In this document: positions 10,928 through 23,661 of the stretch, piece after piece | Layout: each line of letters opens with the position of its first letter | How positions within the stretch are numbered: the stretch's first letter is position 1 | Assembly (NCBI GenBank): GCA_036336835.1 | Contig: JAYZFK010000097.1 | Location: forward strand, 1,371 to 65,370 | DNA from: Myxococcota bacterium | Lineage (GTDB): Bacteria > Myxococcota_A > UBA9160 > UBA4427 | Direction of reading: 5' to 3' | DNA length: 64,000 nucleotides | Program-made: the position numbers and the translations under genes | The notes under the pieces: model-generated | The model's database searches: none | Told to the model about the DNA's origin: nothing | What the model saw: the letters and a program-made list of their open reading frames with translations, nothing else

Positions 10928-13150
10928 CTAGCCTGGCTGGTCGATCCAGATCGGCGAGGACCAGGCGCGCGGCTGGTGGGGCGCGAGACAGTCATCGTCC
11001 CGGCCCGCGGGCCCCGGACAGGGATGGACCTGGAGGCAGCGACCGGCTCCGTCGCGCTCGCAGCGCAGGTTGCCTGCATTGATGCCGGGCGCGGGGGCCT
11101 CGAACACGCGCGCGTAGTAGAGCGTGTCGCGTCCGAGCTGCACGTACTCGGGGTCGGAGAACGTGACCACGCAGCCGGTCGCGTCGCCGCTGCACGGAAA
11201 GGTCTGCCAGGGATCATCGATCAACCCCGCGATGTCCTCGTCGGCTGAAACCTGGGGGCGAACCCGCACGACCTCGATGCGGGTGATCGGCCGCCGGGTA
11301 TCGCTTGGGTTGTAACACTCCCCCTTGCACAGCCGCTGGATCTCGTCAGGCTCGAGCGACTGCAGCGCGTAGTCTGGACAGCCCGGCTGCTGCTCGAAGG
11401 AGCCGACGGCCCGAGCCTGGAAGACCGGCTCACGGTCCATCTCGACCTCACTTCCCATGGCCGCCCGCTCGCCGCGCGAGCCGGGTGGGTTGAGCAGATC
11501 GAACCACAGCAGGATTCGCGGGCCGCTCGTCCCGTAGACCTCGCGACGTTGCAGCGCGTCCCAGATCGCGCCGCGATCGCGTCCCAGACTGTGAGCCGCA
11601 ACCAGGCCACCGGTCGTCAGGAACGACGCCTGGCGCTCGGTCTCGAACACGTCGAAGCCCGGCCGCGTGGGCCGAAACGCGACCGACCGGGAGGACGGTG
11701 CCTCGCGCGCCGGCGCAAGCCCCAGCAGGCGGGCCTCCTCCGGAAGCGGCCCACCCTGCGATTCGGTGTTGCCGCGTCGCCCGAACTCCTTGTAGCCGGT
11801 TCCCGGCCGCGCGAAGTGGTTGTCGCTCGAGGCCATGAAACCCATCCGGAACCGTCGCGGCTGCGCGTCGGCGGCGCCGAATCCGCCGAGAGCGAGGATG
11901 TACTGCGCCGAGCCCCCCGGTCGATAGTTGAACGCGGGCTCGCGGCAGTCGCGGCACTGTCCCGCATCGAGGAAGTCGGCAGCCGTCGCACCCGGAACCG
12001 TGCGGTGCACGGCGACGCCGGCGCGCGCCGCGTTGGCGCGGGCGTCCTCGGCTCGCTGCGCGCACTCGTCCGCTTCCTGCCCGTCGGCCAGGCAACGCTC
12101 GCGGATGATCTCACCGGCCCGCCAGCAGGTTGGCTCGTAGTCGCTAGTCGGAGCCGAGCAGATGGGGTTGCCCGCCTCGTCGAACTCGACCGCGCGGAAG
12201 CGGCGATACACCTCCGAGTCGCCGTGCCCCGAGTAGACCTCCAGCAGCGACTGGTACTCCTCGGAGTGGAGCGCTCCCTCGAGCTGCTGGTCCCAGCTGG
12301 ATCCCGGCGGAGTGTAGAAGCCCCAGGTCGTCCCGTGCGGGATCACCAGCGCGTCGGCCTCCCACCGCTCGAGCCTGCGGAACAAATCGGCGGGCGTCCT
12401 CGCCCGCTCGATGCAGTCGAGTGGCAGCCCGCTCGACAGCGACGATTCGTCGCAGTCCTCCGCTGCGTCCCATTCCGCGAAATAGCGGGCGAGGTCGCGG
12501 ACGCGCGAGTCGCCGACGAGGGACATCAGCGCCCGCGAGATGAGCCCCGGCCCGGAGAAGCCGCCGCGCAGTGCGGCGATCGGACGCGGGGGCACGCCTT
12601 CACCAGTCACGTTGCGCAGGATCACGTTCTTGTGGCCGTAGTGGTCTCCGGGGGTCAGCCCGACGTTGGTCCACTCCCAGCCGAGAAAGGCCACGGTATC
12701 GGGGGAGGACTCGCGCTCGGCCACCGCGTTGCACTGCTCGATCGACGAGACCGTCTCCTCCCAGTGTCGCGGCGTGATGCTGAAGGCGTGATCGTTGATC
12801 GACCAGAAGTCGAGCGCGGAGCAGAAACGAGCAAAATCGCAGGCGTCCGCGGGCGGGTGCGCCCCCTCGCCCCCCAGCGCGGGCAGGCTGAAGCTGAAGG
12901 CATCGAACGAGAACGTAGTGTGGACATGGAGGTCACCGAACAGGATCGTCGACGCTCGAGACACCCCGACATCCCTCGCCGCGTCAGCCACGGCACGCGC
13001 GGTCGCTGCCACGACTTCGGGTGGACGCGCGGACTCACCAACAGTGCCGGGGCCCTCGTGTTCGCCGAAGCGTCCCGCACCGCCGAGATAGACCAGGACG
13101 AGGGCGAGGATCGCGCCACCGGCGAGCCCCAGCCCCAGCCTCCTCGCCAT
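10928..13150 (-). CDS. DUF3604 domain-containing protein (PHP-like metal-dependent hydrolase fold), N-terminal membrane anchor or signal
   Basis: 740 aa. FGDLHVHTTFSFDAFSF near the N-terminus and the C-terminal ...PRAWSSPIWIDQPG are hallmark DUF3604 motifs. The hydrophobic N-terminus is LGLGLAGGAILALVLVYLGG. Confidence 0.8.
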   Translation of the reverse strand: MARRLGLGLAGGAILALVLVYLGGAGRFGEHEGPGTVGESARPPEVVAATARAVADAARDVGVSRASTILFGDLHVHTTFSFDAFSFSLPALGGEGAHPPADACDFARFCSALDFWSINDHAFSITPRHWEETVSSIEQCNAVAERESSPDTVAFLGWEWTNVGLTPGDHYGHKNVILRNVTGEGVPPRPIAALRGGFSGPGLISRALMSLVGDSRVRDLARYFAEWDAAEDCDESSLSSGLPLDCIERARTPADLFRRLERWEADALVIPHGTTWGFYTPPGSSWDQQLEGALHSEEYQSLLEVYSGHGDSEVYRRFRAVEFDEAGNPICSAPTSDYEPTCWRAGEIIRERCLADGQEADECAQRAEDARANAARAGVAVHRTVPGATAADFLDAGQCRDCREPAFNYRPGGSAQYILALGGFGAADAQPRRFRMGFMASSDNHFARPGTGYKEFGRRGNTESQGGPLPEEARLLGLAPAREAPSSRSVAFRPTRPGFDVFETERQASFLTTGGLVAAHSLGRDRGAIWDALQRREVYGTSGPRILLWFDLLNPPGSRGERAAMGSEVEMDREPVFQARAVGSFEQQPGCPDYALQSLEPDEIQRLCKGECYNPSDTRRPITRIEVVRVRPQVSADEDIAGLIDDPWQTFPCSGDATGCVVTFSDPEYVQLGRDTLYYARVFEAPAPGINAGNLRCERDGAGRCLQVHPCPGPAGRDDDCLAPHQPRAWSSPIWIDQPG

Positions 13151-13252
13151 CGGTGCCCTCCCGCAAGGCGACCGCCGTCCGCGACCGATCGCTCCCGAGC
13201 ATCGACGGTACCACGCGAACCACTGCGTCCAACGCCGGCTGCGCCGGACGCA

Positions 13253-13738
13253 TCAGGGAGAGGTGAATCCCCTGGCCGGGTCGTAGACCGCGAGGAGTTC
13301 GCCGTCGCGATCGGCTCGCACATGCACCGCCGCCCCACCGTGAAAGCACTTGGACCAGAAGCTCGCGAGCCCGGCGCGCCCGCTCCACGCCAGCCGGCGC
13401 CAGACGCGTTCGTCGAGGAAGACCCCGTCCTCGGCAATCCCCGCGACGCCCGCGGCCATTCGCGCGACGCGCTCTTCACTGCACAGCCGATCTTGGGATG
13501 GAGCGGCCTCGTCCCCCATCAGCCCCAGAGTGGGAATCTCCCCCAGCTTCGGCCGGGTCTCGTCGCGAACCTGGAGCGTAGGCGCCTCTCTGGGCCGCTC
13601 GGCATGCTCGGACACGGGCGGCACGCCGGGTCCTCGGGCGGCCCAGATCAGCGCGCCGAGTCCGATCAGCAGACCCGCGGCGAGCACGCCAGCGCCGCGA
13701 ACGACCGGTCGGCGAGACCGTGCGTCGAACTCGGCCAC
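13253..13738 (-). CDS. Hypothetical membrane-anchored protein
   Basis: 161 aa with an N-terminal TM helix (GAGVLAAGLLIGLGALIWAA) and GC-rich third positions throughout. I recognise no motif. The start overlaps the upstream gene tail by 73 nt. Confidence 0.5.
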   Translation of the reverse strand: MAEFDARSRRPVVRGAGVLAAGLLIGLGALIWAARGPGVPPVSEHAERPREAPTLQVRDETRPKLGEIPTLGLMGDEAAPSQDRLCSEERVARMAAGVAGIAEDGVFLDERVWRRLAWSGRAGLASFWSKCFHGGAAVHVRADRDGELLAVYDPARGFTSP

Positions 13739-16700
13739 TCGCGGCGGCGTCCAGCTCGCGCGGCCGCGGCGAGCAGCACGCCGCCGAGCAGGATCGTTCC
13801 CGCAATCGGAAGCGCGGGGGTGGGCGGCGGCGGCGGATCGTTTGGATCGGTCGGGTCGGTGTTCTGGGCGACCTCGACTCCGTCGTCGATCCCGTCGCCG
13901 TCCGTATCGACGAGCAGTGGATTGGTGCCGGCGTCGAACGCACCGTTGAAGGTCCCCGTGTTCGTCTCGTAGTAGTCGAGCAGCGCATCCCCGTCGTCAT
14001 CCTGGTCGCAAGCATCGCCTGCGAGATCGCCGTCGGTGTCGAGCTGCAGGTCGTTGGAGGCGTCCGGGCAGTTGTCGGCCCCGTCGTTCAGAATGTCGCG
14101 GTCCCGGTTGTGGGCCATCCGAGTACCCGAGCCCGGGGGCGCGCAGGTGAAGGTGAGCGGGCCGTCCGACGTCGCGAAGGCCGTCAACGTCGCCTCGTTG
14201 ATCGCATTGCCGAGGTCATCCGTGTAGTCGCCCGTGACCGGGTCGTAGAGCCAGCCACGCCCGGAGCCTCCGACTTGCCCCCGCACCACCAGATCACATT
14301 GTTTCACGGCTCCGCCCAGCAGCAGCGAGTCGAACGAGGCGGCGGCGCGCGCTCGGAAGTTGGCGATCCGCCCCCCCGCCACGGCCAGGTTCGTCGAGTC
14401 GAGCGTCACCTGCTGACCGACGGCAGGCGCCAGGTCCGAAGGAAACGCCAGGACGAACTGCTCGAGCTGCGCCTCCTCGGTCGGAGTCGTCGTGAAGACA
14501 ACCGCGCTCAGGAAATTCCGGACGGTGTCGATGATTCCGTCGTGGAGAAAGCCGAAGCCGCGCACCTGCGGTCCGGTGATCGGTCCGATCGTCAGGTCCG
14601 GCTCCACGAACATGCCAAACATTCCGATCTTCGTATAGGCGTTGCGCAGGTGCGGGATCTTCATGTTCTGCGGCTCGCCCTCGAAGCTCTGGCCACCGCC
14701 AGTGCCGAAGAAGCCGCCCAGCGCGTTCAGGGCATGGCAGTCGTTACAGGAAGAGCCTCCGTCGCTGTTCGGGGCGAGGTACAGCCCGAGACCCGCGAAC
14801 TGCGAACTGTTCAGCACGTTGTTGATACTGCGCACCGGGTTGGGTGGCGTCAGGATCTGCAGGACGAAGTCGGTGAACCCCTGCATCTCGGTCGGCGTCG
14901 GGACGCCATCCATTCCGATCAGCCCCTCGAAGGCCACCCGGAAGTTCATGAAGGAGGTGTTCTCGCTGCAGGCCGCCCCCGTCGGCTCGAGGCAGGGATC
15001 CGAGATGATCCCGTCCACCCGATCGCCCCGCCAGTGCATCCCGCCGTGCGTCGAGAGCCCGCGCAGTGTCTGCGTGGTCATCGGGCCCTTCATCGGGTGG
15101 AATGTCGTGGTTCCTCCACCGACCGGTGCCGGCTGGGTATTGCTCGTCACGGGATCGTCGGGGTTGCCCAGGTTCCACGCGAGATCATCCAGGTCGCCGA
15201 AGATGTGGCAGCTGGCGCACGACGCCTCGCCGTTGCCCGAGAAGTTGAACGCGTCGTACAGCATCGGGCGTCCGTCGACCACGCTCTGCGGCTCCGGATT
15301 GTGCAGCGGCACCACCTGGAGCGTATTGGTCGTGGCCAGGTCGATCACGTTCAGCGAGTTGTCGAAACGCGTCTGCAGATACATCCGGTTGCGCGCTTCG
15401 TCGAGAATCAGGCCATTCGGACCACCGCCCGTCGGGATGTAGTTGGCGCTCTCGACCGTCGGATCGAAGGTATCGTTCTCGAGCGCCGTCGTCGGGAAGA
15501 CGCCGATCCTGGCCGAGCCGAAGGCCGCCACGTAGAGCGTCGTGCCCGTCGAGTCGAAGACCATGTCGAGCGGCGTCGCCAGGCTGTGGTTCTTCTGCGT
15601 GGGATCGACCACATCCGGCACGTCGGTATGGAGCTTGGTGTAGTCGATATGCTTGTTCAGGTGCCGGACGTCGACCGTGTTCGTCCCGGAAAGCAGGCTG
15701 ATCCGCGACTCCGACAGGCGCCCCTGAACGGTGCTGTCGAAGAAGTCCCCGGGGCCCTCGAACAGCACGTGGTTCGGCAACTCCGTATTGCTGACGTAGA
15801 TCTTGTCGTTGGTCGGGTGCACCGCCATGTTGAACAGCACGGTCCCCACCTGCCCGAACTTGTGGGCTGCTCCAGCGTTCAACGTATTGGCGTCGATCGC
15901 GAACACGTCGCTGTCCTGCAGGCTGAAGTTGACGAAGGCGCTCCAGTCGTTGCCGCCCGGGCCGATCCACGCGGATCCATCGAACTTGACGATCATCCCG
16001 GTCTCGGGTGCGGGGTCGAAGCCGGGGCCGGCGTTGGTGCTGGGGCCGGGAAGACCACCTGGAAAGATGATCAGCCCCGGCGGAATCGAGGGATTGAGAT
16101 CGTTGGCATCGCACGGGGTCATCGGATCGAAGCCATCGCAGACCATCAGCTCGGGCAGCGCTGTCGTCCGATTGCCCGATCTGAAGGCTGCGACGTAGAG
16201 CGTGTTCCCGTCGTTGCTGACCGTCATCGAGCGGGGCGTGTCGGCGAACAGCACGAGGATCTCGACGGGCACGCCACCCAGGCCGCTGGTAACGCCGAGA
16301 TTCGCAGGATCGAATACCCAGACGTCGGCGCGACCGATGCCTTCGGTGCTCATCTGCGGATCGCCGGCCCCCGGGACCGCGGCGATCGAGGCATGGGTGC
16401 GGTGCTGGCCGCGGTGTGCCGTGGTGATGAACGCCCGCCCGGCGGTGCCCGCGAAGACGATATCGCGCGGCTCATCGCCCACGACCAGTGTGTTCACGAC
16501 CTGGGGCGGGCTCAGCGTCGCGTCCACGATGCTGACGCTGTCGGATAGGTGGTTTGCCACCCAGATCTTGCCATCGGGTGCGACCGCCACCGCGCAGGGC
16601 TCCATGCCGACCGGCACCGAGGCCGTCTTGATCAGGCCATTGTCGGTGACATCGAAGATCTCGAGACGGTTGTCGGGGATGTTGACCGCGTAGAGCTCGC

Positions 16701-16863
16701 TCCCAGCGCCGTTGGTAGCGAGCGCCCGCACGGGACCGGTCTCGAATTCGACGAAGTCGACAGCACGCGCAGCGCCGGAGACGGCCAGACCGACGAGAAG
16801 CGAGAGCGCGCCACAACGCAAACCGCCGAGGATCGGCGATCCCGCCGAGCACGAACCGCGCAT
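13666..16863 (-). CDS. Secreted multidomain protein: YVTN/YncE-type beta-propeller, di-heme cytochrome c peroxidase-like domain, thrombospondin type-3 Ca-binding repeats, C-terminal TM/basic anchor
   Basis: The track ORF runs to 16923. I prefer ATG 16863 (MRGSCSAGSPILGGLRCGALSLLVGLAVSGAARA, signal-peptide-like). Propeller-type repeats are present (LYAVNIPDNRLEIFDV, KIWVANHLSDSVSIVD, TLYVAAF). There are two CxxCH heme motifs, CASCH and CNDCH, each followed by CCP/MauG-like elements (QTLRGL...HWRGDR and IPHLRNAYTK...FLHDG). DxDxDG repeats follow (DTDGDLAGDACDQDDDGD, DTDGDGIDDG). The tail is PPPPPTPALPIAGTILLGGVLLAAAARAGRRRE. Confidence 0.8.
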   Translation of the reverse strand: MRGSCSAGSPILGGLRCGALSLLVGLAVSGAARAVDFVEFETGPVRALATNGAGSELYAVNIPDNRLEIFDVTDNGLIKTASVPVGMEPCAVAVAPDGKIWVANHLSDSVSIVDATLSPPQVVNTLVVGDEPRDIVFAGTAGRAFITTAHRGQHRTHASIAAVPGAGDPQMSTEGIGRADVWVFDPANLGVTSGLGGVPVEILVLFADTPRSMTVSNDGNTLYVAAFRSGNRTTALPELMVCDGFDPMTPCDANDLNPSIPPGLIIFPGGLPGPSTNAGPGFDPAPETGMIVKFDGSAWIGPGGNDWSAFVNFSLQDSDVFAIDANTLNAGAAHKFGQVGTVLFNMAVHPTNDKIYVSNTELPNHVLFEGPGDFFDSTVQGRLSESRISLLSGTNTVDVRHLNKHIDYTKLHTDVPDVVDPTQKNHSLATPLDMVFDSTGTTLYVAAFGSARIGVFPTTALENDTFDPTVESANYIPTGGGPNGLILDEARNRMYLQTRFDNSLNVIDLATTNTLQVVPLHNPEPQSVVDGRPMLYDAFNFSGNGEASCASCHIFGDLDDLAWNLGNPDDPVTSNTQPAPVGGGTTTFHPMKGPMTTQTLRGLSTHGGMHWRGDRVDGIISDPCLEPTGAACSENTSFMNFRVAFEGLIGMDGVPTPTEMQGFTDFVLQILTPPNPVRSINNVLNSSQFAGLGLYLAPNSDGGSSCNDCHALNALGGFFGTGGGQSFEGEPQNMKIPHLRNAYTKIGMFGMFVEPDLTIGPITGPQVRGFGFLHDGIIDTVRNFLSAVVFTTTPTEEAQLEQFVLAFPSDLAPAVGQQVTLDSTNLAVAGGRIANFRARAAASFDSLLLGGAVKQCDLVVRGQVGGSGRGWLYDPVTGDYTDDLGNAINEATLTAFATSDGPLTFTCAPPGSGTRMAHNRDRDILNDGADNCPDASNDLQLDTDGDLAGDACDQDDDGDALLDYYETNTGTFNGAFDAGTNPLLVDTDGDGIDDGVEVAQNTDPTDPNDPPPPPTPALPIAGTILLGGVLLAAAARAGRRREWPSSTHGLADRSFAALACSPRVC

Positions 16864-16998
16864 AAGCCCTCCACCGGCTTGCCTGCGCCACCTCGCTCCG
16901 CCTGCACGAGGAATGATGAGCAATCAGCTATCAGTAGGTAGCAACTTACGCCGCAATAGTGACGCAAAAAATGCTTTACAGCGCCGAAGGGCGGCGGC

Positions 16999-17075
16999 TG
17001 GTGGACGCGCACGGAGTCGAACCGCGGACCCCCTCCTTGTAAGGGAGGTGCTCTAGCCAGCTGAGCTACGCGTCC
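16999..17075 (-). tRNA. tRNA-Val (anticodon TAC)
   Basis: The reverse complement folds as GGACGCG TA GCTC AGCTGGCTA GAGC A CCTCC CTTACAA GGAGG GGGTC CGCGG TTCGACT CCGTG CGCGTCC A CCA, with CCA encoded. Confidence 0.93.
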
Positions 17076-17118
17076 GGCTGCTCAAGGCTAGCAGGTGCTC
17101 GCTCGCCGGGATTGCGCG

Positions 17119-18813
17119 ATGCTGCCGCTCGTGATCCGCTTCCGTTCGCTTCTGGCAGCCGGACTCATGGTCAGCTTTGCGGCGCGCGCAGAGACGCCCA
17201 ACGTGCTGCTGATCGTCGCCGAGGATCTCGGCCCGCGGATCGGCGCCTTCGGAGATCCGGTGGCGCGGACACCCCGGCTGGATCAGCTCGCCCGACAAGG
17301 CGTCCGCTACACGAACGTGTTCACCGCGGCGGGCGTGTGCGCCCCGAGCCGGGCCGCCCTGATCACCGCAATGCACCCGATCGCCTGGGGCGGACAACAC
17401 ATGCGAACCTCGACCCGCCCCGCCGGCGGGTACGCCGCGGTACCGCCGCCCGAGGTGAGGGCGTTTCCCGAGCTGCTGCGCAGCGCTGGCCACTACACGT
17501 ACAACGTGCAGAAGACCGACTATCAGCTCGGCGGCACGCTCGGCGGCGGGCCCTTCACGATCTGGGACGCGAGCGGCTGGCGGGTCGATGGCGACGACTG
17601 GCCCGCGGATCGCTCGTTCTTCGGGATGGTGAACCTCGGCGTCACGCACGAGAGCGGTGTGTTCGCGCCACTCGGTCACTGGCCACACAGTGCGATCCAC
17701 GCCGTGATGCAGCTTGCACGCGCCTTCCAGTACACCGGCTTTGTGGGTGGCAGCGGGAGCGAGCTGCCGACGACCGATCCCAGCCGCGTCGCGCTGCCCC
17801 CGTACTATCCGGACCACCCGGCGGTGCGCGGCGACCTGGCTCGCCACTACGACAACATCGCGAAGCTCGACGCCCAGGTGGGCGCCCTGCTCGACCGGCT
17901 CGAGGCGAGCGGCCTCGCCGAGTCGACGATCGTCATCTGGACGACCGACCACGGCGACGGACTCCCGCGCGCCAAACGCGAGCTCTACGACACGGGTCTC
18001 CACGTGCCCATGATCATCCGCTACCCGGCCGCCCATCGACCGCCGGGCGCCGTGCCGGGCGGTATCGACGAGCGGCTGATCAGCTTCGTGGATCTCGGCC
18101 CGACCATCCTCGAGTGGATGGACACGCCGGTACCCGGCCAGGTGCACGGACGTTCCTTCGCCAGCCCCGCCGCGCCCGGGCGACGCTACGTGTACGCGCA
18201 GCGCGATCGAATCGATGAGATCGTCGACCGGCAGCGGGCGGTGCGCGACGAGCGCTTCAAGTACATCCGAAGCTGGCACCCGGAGATTCCCGGCGGTCAC
18301 CGGCTCGCGTTTCGCGACAATCAGGACGGGATGCGCGCGCTGTGGGAGCTCCTCGAGGCCGGCCAGCTCGACACGCAACAGCGGCTCTGGTTCGAGCCGG
18401 TCGCCGTCGAGCGCCTGTACGACACCAGGAGCGACCCGCATGAACTCATCGACCTGGCCGGCGACCCGGCCCACGCCGAGACACTCGCGCGGCTGCGCGG
18501 CGCGCTCGACCGCTGGCTCGCGCGCGTCGGCGACACCAGCGAAGAGCCCGAGGACCGGATGGCCGAACGCTTCTGGCCCGGCGGCGAGCAACCCAGGACC
18601 CTGGCACCACGAATCACACTGGCGAACGGCCGCATCGAGCTCGATTCTCCGACGCCGGGCGGATCGATCGGCTACCGCGTCCGGCCCGCGGAGACCTGGA
18701 GCTTGTACACGCAGGCGATCGCGCTCCAGCCCCTGGCGGGCCACCGGATCGAGGCCAAGGCGGTCCGCTATGGCTACGCCGAGAGCGAGATCACCTCCTG
18801 GCACGCGCCGTGA
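17119..18813 (+). CDS. Sulfatase (formylglycine-dependent arylsulfatase family), secreted
   Basis: I chose ATG 17119 (MLPLVIRFRSLLAAGLMVSFAARA, signal peptide) over the track GTG 17095, which lies 20 nt from the tRNA. PNVLLIVAEDLG ... CAPSRAALITAM is the CxPxR sulfatase signature. TTDHGD is also present. Confidence 0.9.
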   Translation: MLPLVIRFRSLLAAGLMVSFAARAETPNVLLIVAEDLGPRIGAFGDPVARTPRLDQLARQGVRYTNVFTAAGVCAPSRAALITAMHPIAWGGQHMRTSTRPAGGYAAVPPPEVRAFPELLRSAGHYTYNVQKTDYQLGGTLGGGPFTIWDASGWRVDGDDWPADRSFFGMVNLGVTHESGVFAPLGHWPHSAIHAVMQLARAFQYTGFVGGSGSELPTTDPSRVALPPYYPDHPAVRGDLARHYDNIAKLDAQVGALLDRLEASGLAESTIVIWTTDHGDGLPRAKRELYDTGLHVPMIIRYPAAHRPPGAVPGGIDERLISFVDLGPTILEWMDTPVPGQVHGRSFASPAAPGRRYVYAQRDRIDEIVDRQRAVRDERFKYIRSWHPEIPGGHRLAFRDNQDGMRALWELLEAGQLDTQQRLWFEPVAVERLYDTRSDPHELIDLAGDPAHAETLARLRGALDRWLARVGDTSEEPEDRMAERFWPGGEQPRTLAPRITLANGRIELDSPTPGGSIGYRVRPAETWSLYTQAIALQPLAGHRIEAKAVRYGYAESEITSWHAP

Positions 18814-18849
18814 CCACGCGCGCACGGCCGTGCCAGAGGCGGCGCCGCA

Positions 18850-19893
18850 TCAGCAGCAGCTGGCGCCGCCGCCGCCGTGGTCCAGACCGTCGTGAAAGTG
18901 GCGGTCGAGGAAGACGCCTTCCTGACCCGCGGCGCGGAGCGTGCGATCGGCGTCGATCACCCAGGGGCCTTCGCGATCGACCCACAGATCGGCCCGCTCG
19001 CCTGCAGCGAGCTCGCGCGTGCGATCGCCGTCGAACGCCAGCAGGCAGGGCCCCTCGATCGTGGTCCGCTCGCCGAACGCGAGCTTGCGCACGCCGGCAA
19101 TGTGCGCCCGGCGGTACAACCCCGGTGAAACCGCCACCAGCAGCGGCTGCGAGCCGGGCGCCTGCGCGCCCGTGCAACGCACCTCCACCCCGAAGTCGTC
19201 GTCGCGGCCACACGGCTGGAGCAAGCCCCCGATTGGCGACGTCCCGACCGCACTCGGCTCCGCGCGCGCGAGCACCAGGCAGCGGAGTTTGTCTGGATCG
19301 ATGGGCAGCAGATTGCCGAGTGAATCATCCGCCAGGGCGACCGCGTCCACGACCGCGAGGTCGCACTCGCCGGATGCGTATTCGACCCGGACGCGCTTGG
19401 CCCGCCGTGCCCCTTCGGCCAGCGGCAGCGAGCCAGAGGCGATGATGCCGGCGGAGGCGCCCGCGATGGTTGCCTCCTGCATCACCGGAAATACGTTGTT
19501 GGTGCCGGTCGACAGCGGGACGATCGGGGCGTCGGACCAGGCCTTGGCGACGATGCGATTGGTGCCGTCGCCGCCGAGCACCAGCAGCGCCCCGGCGCCT
19601 GCGGCGCGCATGGCCCGAACCGCGCGCAGCGTATCCGCCGGCGTGGTGTCGAGCGCGCCGAGGTCGAGAAACTCGAACTCGGCGCCCACGTTCATGTTCT
19701 CGACCGCGGAGCGCGAGATGCGAAAGCAGTCGGGCACCAGCAGGAAGCGCGTCGCGCCGGCTGCCGCGGCACCCACCACCGCGCGCGCGATCTGGTTCTG
19801 CTTGTCCTCGGGGTTCTCGCGTCGCGCACGCGCGGCCAGCCGGCGGACGTCGCGACCCGACATCGGGTTCGCGATGACGCCAACCGTCGACAA
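18850..19893 (-). CDS. ATP-NAD kinase family protein (AcoX-like)
   Basis: 347 aa. Motifs are VGVIANPMSGRD..., LLVLGGDGTNRIV (the GGDGT motif of the NAD kinase / DAG kinase fold) and PLSTGTNNVF. Confidence 0.7.
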   Translation of the reverse strand: MSTVGVIANPMSGRDVRRLAARARRENPEDKQNQIARAVVGAAAAGATRFLLVPDCFRISRSAVENMNVGAEFEFLDLGALDTTPADTLRAVRAMRAAGAGALLVLGGDGTNRIVAKAWSDAPIVPLSTGTNNVFPVMQEATIAGASAGIIASGSLPLAEGARRAKRVRVEYASGECDLAVVDAVALADDSLGNLLPIDPDKLRCLVLARAEPSAVGTSPIGGLLQPCGRDDDFGVEVRCTGAQAPGSQPLLVAVSPGLYRRAHIAGVRKLAFGERTTIEGPCLLAFDGDRTRELAAGERADLWVDREGPWVIDADRTLRAAGQEGVFLDRHFHDGLDHGGGGASCC

Positions 19894-19905
19894 CGGGAGC
19901 CGGCG

Positions 19906-22377
<2,472 letters not shown>

Positions 22378-22407
22378 TGTCGCTCCTCGGACTCCTCGTC
22401 GCTCGAA

Positions 22408-23655
<1,248 letters not shown>

Positions 23656-23661
23656 CCGAGT

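Noticed and set aside
9779-16998. A mobile genomic island (integrative element) between tRNA-Asp and tRNA-Val.
   Set aside because: No integrase, recombinase, transposase or conjugation gene was seen, and no tRNA-derived direct repeat. Only the weaker statement 'accessory-looking segment' is retained as a finding.
18814-18849. The palindrome GCACGGCCGTGC between the convergent sulfatase and AcoX-like genes, considered as a bidirectional terminator.
   Set aside because: It is a 6-bp perfect palindrome with no loop and no U-tract, which is too weak to call.
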